From Acidobacteriota bacterium (lineage in GTDB: Bacteria; Acidobacteriota; UBA6911; RPQK01; JAJDTT01): a stretch of 64,000 bases of DNA. Of the stretch, positions 59,767 through 64,000 are shown one piece after another (position 1 is the first letter of the stretch; every line of letters starts with the position of its first letter). Made by a program: the position numbers and the translations under genes. Under the pieces are notes generated by a model. It had not been told where the DNA came from, ran no database searches, and saw nothing but the letters and a program-made list of their open reading frames with translations. The stretch is taken from NCBI GenBank assembly GCA_965217775.1, contig CBDCJH010000002.1:5632001-5696000 (forward strand). Direction: 5' to 3'.

Positions 59767-61407
59767 CTAGCTGCCTTGGACTTGGAAGTTGTCCTGGACC
59801 CGGGTCCTGACGTCTTTGACCTGGTCCCAGACCTCGACTTCGAGCCGGTATTTGCCGGGTTCCAGGCTGCGCAGGTTCAACCTCTTGAGCAGGACCATTC
59901 TGCGGTCGGAGAAGAACTGGATCGATTCTCCTCGGCTGTCCGTGGCTTCCCCGATGACTTCGCCGTCGCGTGAAATTCGGTACGCCACCTGCATCTGGGG
60001 CGTATTGGAGGACTGGTCCATGCCGAAGTTGTAGAGGTGCAGGTAGACACCCAGCGGGAGCTTCTTGGAAAAGCTCTTGTCGATGCTGGGCCGGATCTTG
60101 ACGTCTCCCAGGACGAACATCTGGTCCTGATTGGGCGCCTCGGGAAGCTCCTGCATGTGGTTGGAAAGCAGCATTGAACTGCTGCTCAGCTTCTCCCTTT
60201 CCCGCATGCTGGGCGGTGGAATGATGCCGTGTTTGACGGCGCCGATGTTGTTGCTGGACAGGTCCTTCATGATTAGGTCGAGCTTGTAGCGGGTCCCACT
60301 GTCCAGTAGCAGCACCTTCTGGTAGGTGGCCCGCCCCTCCAGACCCCTCATCAGCCGTTCGGGTCCGAACGAAATCACCAGATCCTGATCGAATTCTTCG
60401 ATGAACTTGTTGCTGAGGCTGGTGACCACGCCGTAGAGTCCGACCCGGGCCGAGTGCGCCTCGCCGTCGGGTTCGAATGACAGGAATCTGTTTCGTATCT
60501 CGACCGTGATCGGAACCAGAACCTGCCCGTCGTTGAGCTTGAAGTAGTCGCTCCGAACGCGGAAGGGGAGGTTGGAATAGCCGACCTCCACCTTGACCAA
60601 CTCCTTGAGGTCCTTGTACTTGATCTTCTTGGGGACCATGACCCGGGAGAAGATCTCGTAACGCCGGAAGGGGTTGTTGTTGTGGAGCCGGGTCTCGTAG
60701 GCGGTGCTCCTGCCGCCGATCAGGGAAGGACGATGCTGCTTGTCGCTGATGCCCAACTGCTCCGACATGGTCAGGCCATATCCATCGAAATGGAGCAGAG
60801 CGTCCTTTTCGTCGGGGAACAGGGCCAGCTTGTACGTCCCCGTGTAGGTGCGGTCCACGAATTCCAGAACGATGTCGTCCCCGACACCCTCGAGGTGCCG
60901 GTAGCGCCACACCTCCAAGGGGTGGACCACCGTACTGCCCCCGCCCTCGCTGAAGGAGCGATTGTAATTGCCCCCAGTCACATAGCTCTCAATTTCATGA
61001 GGTGGTCCGTGGAGGATGTAGATCATCCCCCGGTCCGTCTTCCAGCCGGGCTTGCCGGCGTAGAATCGCTCGTTGACGTAGGCGATGCGCCGATAGTGTT
61101 CTTCCTTGAATTCGTTGATGGCCGTCCTCAGGTCCGGGTCCCGGCGGCGCCAGAACTGTTCGATGAACAACTCCTTCTCCTCGGGACTGGTCAGGCTCTT
61201 GAAAACGGATTCCTCCTCGTCGCTGATGATGTAGGTGACGTCCTGGTTCAGCCAGCGCTGGTAGTAATCCTCCGCTTCCTCCTGTTGAACGGCGGAGGTG
61301 TCCCTGTCGTCCTTTTTCTCTTTGGCCAGTGCCTGGTCAGGCAAGGAGAGTGACGCGATGAGCAAGAGGAGCAGCGACAGCAACGGAGGGTGGTGTTGCT
61401 TCTTCAT
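59767..61407 (-). CDS. GWxTD-domain protein (exported)
   Basis: Signal peptide; WLNQDVTYIISDEE, FIEQFWRRRDP, EEHYRRIAY, PGWKTDRGMIYILHGPP and EVWRY. Confidence 0.92.
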   Translation of the reverse strand: MKKQHHPPLLSLLLLLIASLSLPDQALAKEKKDDRDTSAVQQEEAEDYYQRWLNQDVTYIISDEEESVFKSLTSPEEKELFIEQFWRRRDPDLRTAINEFKEEHYRRIAYVNERFYAGKPGWKTDRGMIYILHGPPHEIESYVTGGNYNRSFSEGGGSTVVHPLEVWRYRHLEGVGDDIVLEFVDRTYTGTYKLALFPDEKDALLHFDGYGLTMSEQLGISDKQHRPSLIGGRSTAYETRLHNNNPFRRYEIFSRVMVPKKIKYKDLKELVKVEVGYSNLPFRVRSDYFKLNDGQVLVPITVEIRNRFLSFEPDGEAHSARVGLYGVVTSLSNKFIEEFDQDLVISFGPERLMRGLEGRATYQKVLLLDSGTRYKLDLIMKDLSSNNIGAVKHGIIPPPSMREREKLSSSSMLLSNHMQELPEAPNQDQMFVLGDVKIRPSIDKSFSKKLPLGVYLHLYNFGMDQSSNTPQMQVAYRISRDGEVIGEATDSRGESIQFFSDRRMVLLKRLNLRSLEPGKYRLEVEVWDQVKDVRTRVQDNFQVQGS

Positions 61408-61581
61408 GATCGCGATTGGTCGAAGCGTCCCCGGACCCGCGATCGGAACCGGACGCCTATCGGTACGAACGCCGTTTCACACGACTATAACAAATATCGG
61501 GCTGGCCGCGACATGCGCGGCCAGCCCGATGGTGAGGTTTCCGAGCGGAAAGCAAAAAGCGCGTCTACCCGCAGTGAAGCG

Positions 61582-62001
61582 TTAAGGCTCTCCCCGATCG
61601 TAGGTGTGAACCAGAACGACCACGACGAAGACGATGAGGCCGGTGATGACCACCCAGCTCATGAAGGACAAACCGAGCAGCATGCCGGCCTGGAACTGCT
61701 CGTTCATCTGCTCACTTTCCCGGGCCAGCCTGGCCAATGTCTCGTCGTCCAGCGTGGGTACCGCGACCGCGATCTGCTCCAGGTCGAACAGGTGTCCCAG
61801 ACGATCCTGCACCGCCGGGTGACGAAGCAGGGTCTGAACTTCACGAATATTGTCGGCGCGTGCGGCCGTCCGTTCCGAGATCTGGCCCTTCAACTCCTCG
61901 ATCGATACCAGGTGGACCGCCTTCTGAACCGGGATGGGACCGGCCTGCAGGCTCGTCGAGAAGACCAGGAGGACCGTAAGGAACAAAGAGATGGCTTTCA
62001 T
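61582..62001 (-). CDS. PA2779-family-like protein, copy 3
   Basis: Paralog with one extra Met directly after the AG motif (FQAG-MLLG). Confidence 0.7.
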   Translation of the reverse strand: MKAISLFLTVLLVFSTSLQAGPIPVQKAVHLVSIEELKGQISERTAARADNIREVQTLLRHPAVQDRLGHLFDLEQIAVAVPTLDDETLARLARESEQMNEQFQAGMLLGLSFMSWVVITGLIVFVVVVLVHTYDRGEP

Positions 62002-62081
62002 TGTTTATGACCTTTGCAGCTGAATGGTGACAACCTTGTTTCCATGGAACCGTCCACGGCGCAGCCCGCCTCCGGCGATCC

Positions 62082-64000
62082 TCAGAAGTTGATCTTCCAG
62101 TAGAGCTGGATGATCCGCGGATCCAAGGTGTTGCCGATTTTTCCGAAGCCCTGGGGACTGTCCACGCTGTTGCCCGCCCCGCGCCAGTTGACCCGGTTGA
62201 AAGCGTTGAACATCTCCGCCGCGAAGCGGAAACTCACACCTTCGCTGATCTGGAAATCCTTCATGAGCGAAATGTCTTCCTGCATGAATCCGCAGTTCTG
62301 TGCGCTGGGATGGACGCGGAAGTTCCCCAACGTGAAATTGGCCGGCGGACTGAATGCGGCGGGATTGAAGATACGATCCCGTCCCGATTGGTTGGGATCG
62401 AAGTCGCCGCAACTGACGCCGGTCGTGGGCTTGACGCCGTGATTCCAGACCGCCCACGCGGGACCCATATAGGGAAGGAACTGTCCCGTGCCGACGGTCA
62501 GGGGATTGCCGGCGTGGTAGACGATGTGACCGGCGACCCTCCAGCCGCCGACCAGCAGGTTGGCCAATCGGCCGACGCCGCCGCCGAAGGTCTTGCCTCT
62601 TCCGAAGGGCAGCTCCCACGAAAAGCTCGCCTTGGTCGCCCAGGAGCGGTTGAATGGCACAATTGTCTTGGAGGAACTCCAAGTATCCCAATGCTGCAAG
62701 GATGACCCGGCTCGCGGCGCGAAGCTGCCCCTCTCCGCGACGTCCCCCGAAGTCAGCGATTTGGCAATGGTGTGCGACAACATGAAGTTCAACCCGGTGG
62801 AGAACCGCTTCTGCAGGATCAGGATGGCCGAGTGGTAGAGGTTGTAACCCGAGTGGGAGTTCAACTGGGCCACCCAGTTGTACTGGGGAAAGCGCCGCTG
62901 GGACTGTCCCACGGTTCCGGTGAATCCCGGATAGGGGCGAGTGTAGCCGGCGTCTCTGGCGGCCTGGGAATCGATGTCCTGCAGCAGGAGGTTTCCGAGA
63001 GAGAGATAGCTCAGGGGCAGTTGGTTGTAACGGGCGATCTGGGTGCCGACGACTCCGTGGCCCAACAGTCCGATGTATTCGGCAGTGAACACCATATCCC
63101 AGGGGAGCTCCCGCTCGATGGCCAGACCCATCCTCTGGGCGGTCCCCTGCTGGGTCTCGTTGACGTCCACGAAACCGACCGAGGAGCCGTTGATCAGGGA
63201 AGGGTTCAGGAACGGAAGGTTGGTGGGCAGAATGTTGATGCCCTGATCCCAATTGAGGGCCGGCGTCAGACCGAAGTCCGGGGTCGTCGCCGTCACCGAG
63301 GCGCCGAAACCCTGGTTGGGCATGCCGGCGCCGTTGCCCATTTCCCCGTTCAGGGGGAAGTACATCAGCCCGTAATAGCCTCGCGCCACGGTCTTGTCGT
63401 TCAATTGATAGGCCAGACCCAGCCGCGGCCCCAAACTCCTGAAGCCGACGTTGAAGGCCCGGACCCGGCCGTTGCGTCCCTCTCCCTCTCCGTAGAAGGT
63501 GAGAGCGCCCGGGAGGCCGCCCGCCTCCGGATTGGGAGTGTGGATGTCCATGAGGCCCCAGCGCCGGTAGGACTCATGGAAGGGTATGGGAATCTCCCAC
63601 CGGAGGCCGTAGTTGATGGTCAGCTTCGGCGTCGTCCGCCAGGAGTCCTGGACGTAGAAGGCCCAACTGTAGCTGGTGACCTTCCTGGCGCTGGCGGTCT
63701 CCTGGAGGACTTCGTCCACGTCGCCCATGAGGAAGGAGGCGAACCCGTCACCCGTCGAAGGAAAACCGGGTAGACCGCTGGTGCGGTTGCGGAAGGTGTA
63801 GGTGCCCGCCGTGTGGTTCTCCACGAGGAATCTCCCGGCCCAGATGCTGAGCTGGGCGCCGACCTTCACGTTGTGGTTCCCGCTGGTCCAGGACAGGTCC
63901 ATGAAGACGGGAACCGTCGACTGGAAGTGTGAGGCCGTGTCGGTGTTGTCACCGAAGCCGCCTCCGATTGCGCTCTGGATCCTCAGTCTGGGAATCGCGG
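62082..64000 (-). CDS. TonB-dependent receptor, copy 3 (5' part beyond the window)
   Basis: The frame is open to the window end; collinear with copies 1 and 2. Confidence 0.92.
   Translation of the reverse strand, partial: AIPRLRIQSAIGGGFGDNTDTASHFQSTVPVFMDLSWTSGNHNVKVGAQLSIWAGRFLVENHTAGTYTFRNRTSGLPGFPSTGDGFASFLMGDVDEVLQETASARKVTSYSWAFYVQDSWRTTPKLTINYGLRWEIPIPFHESYRRWGLMDIHTPNPEAGGLPGALTFYGEGEGRNGRVRAFNVGFRSLGPRLGLAYQLNDKTVARGYYGLMYFPLNGEMGNGAGMPNQGFGASVTATTPDFGLTPALNWDQGINILPTNLPFLNPSLINGSSVGFVDVNETQQGTAQRMGLAIERELPWDMVFTAEYIGLLGHGVVGTQIARYNQLPLSYLSLGNLLLQDIDSQAARDAGYTRPYPGFTGTVGQSQRRFPQYNWVAQLNSHSGYNLYHSAILILQKRFSTGLNFMLSHTIAKSLTSGDVAERGSFAPRAGSSLQHWDTWSSSKTIVPFNRSWATKASFSWELPFGRGKTFGGGVGRLANLLVGGWRVAGHIVYHAGNPLTVGTGQFLPYMGPAWAVWNHGVKPTTGVSCGDFDPNQSGRDRIFNPAAFSPPANFTLGNFRVHPSAQNCGFMQEDISLMKDFQISEGVSFRFAAEMFNAFNRVNWRGAGNSVDSPQGFGKIGNTLDPRIIQLYWKINF

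Noticed and set aside
50965-64000. Diversity-generating retroelement acting on the TBDR copies
   Set aside because: No reverse transcriptase is in the window; differences span whole genes, include many synonymous changes and are not adenine-specific.
50332-64000. Triplication as a pure assembly artefact
   Set aside because: The copies differ by many substitutions, codon indels, distinct deletions and distinct upstream elements. Long reads would still be the definitive test.

Overview
GC-rich bacterial DNA, most likely Acidobacteriota. This is an inference from the GWxTD protein, Oar-like TonB-dependent receptors (TBDRs) and the CRTAC1/TPR and DUF1501/DUF1549/DUF1553 content. 1-14.4 kb: four CRTAC1/ASPIC-UnbV proteins, TPR proteins, a PpiC-TPR fusion, two convergent BNR/sialidase-like lipoproteins and a REP-associated tyrosine transposase (RAYT). 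14.3-26.3 kb: catabolic genes (PhyH dioxygenase, HpcH aldolase, sugar-phosphate epimerase, three Gfo/Idh/MocA oxidoreductases, two sulfatases, nitrilase). 26.4-30.6 kb: a heptaheme cytochrome c-TPR gene whose 3' end is duplicated around a mini-island (IS21 remnant, MITE, hicB/hicA-like pair). 30.7-46.2 kb: two divergent DUF1549/DUF1553-DUF1501 modules separated by an amidohydrolase and an IS481 element; the IS481 sits in a REP hairpin and carries IS21 debris. 46.2-64 kb is the most interesting part. A secreted stand-alone C39-like peptidase and a TPR/Omp85-like barrel gene face a REP-bounded tandem array of at least three diverged [TBDR + PA2779-like AG-motif membrane protein] units, with stepwise loss of a GWxTD gene. 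No rRNA, tRNA or CRISPR array was seen. All family calls come from motif recognition by eye, not from database searches.
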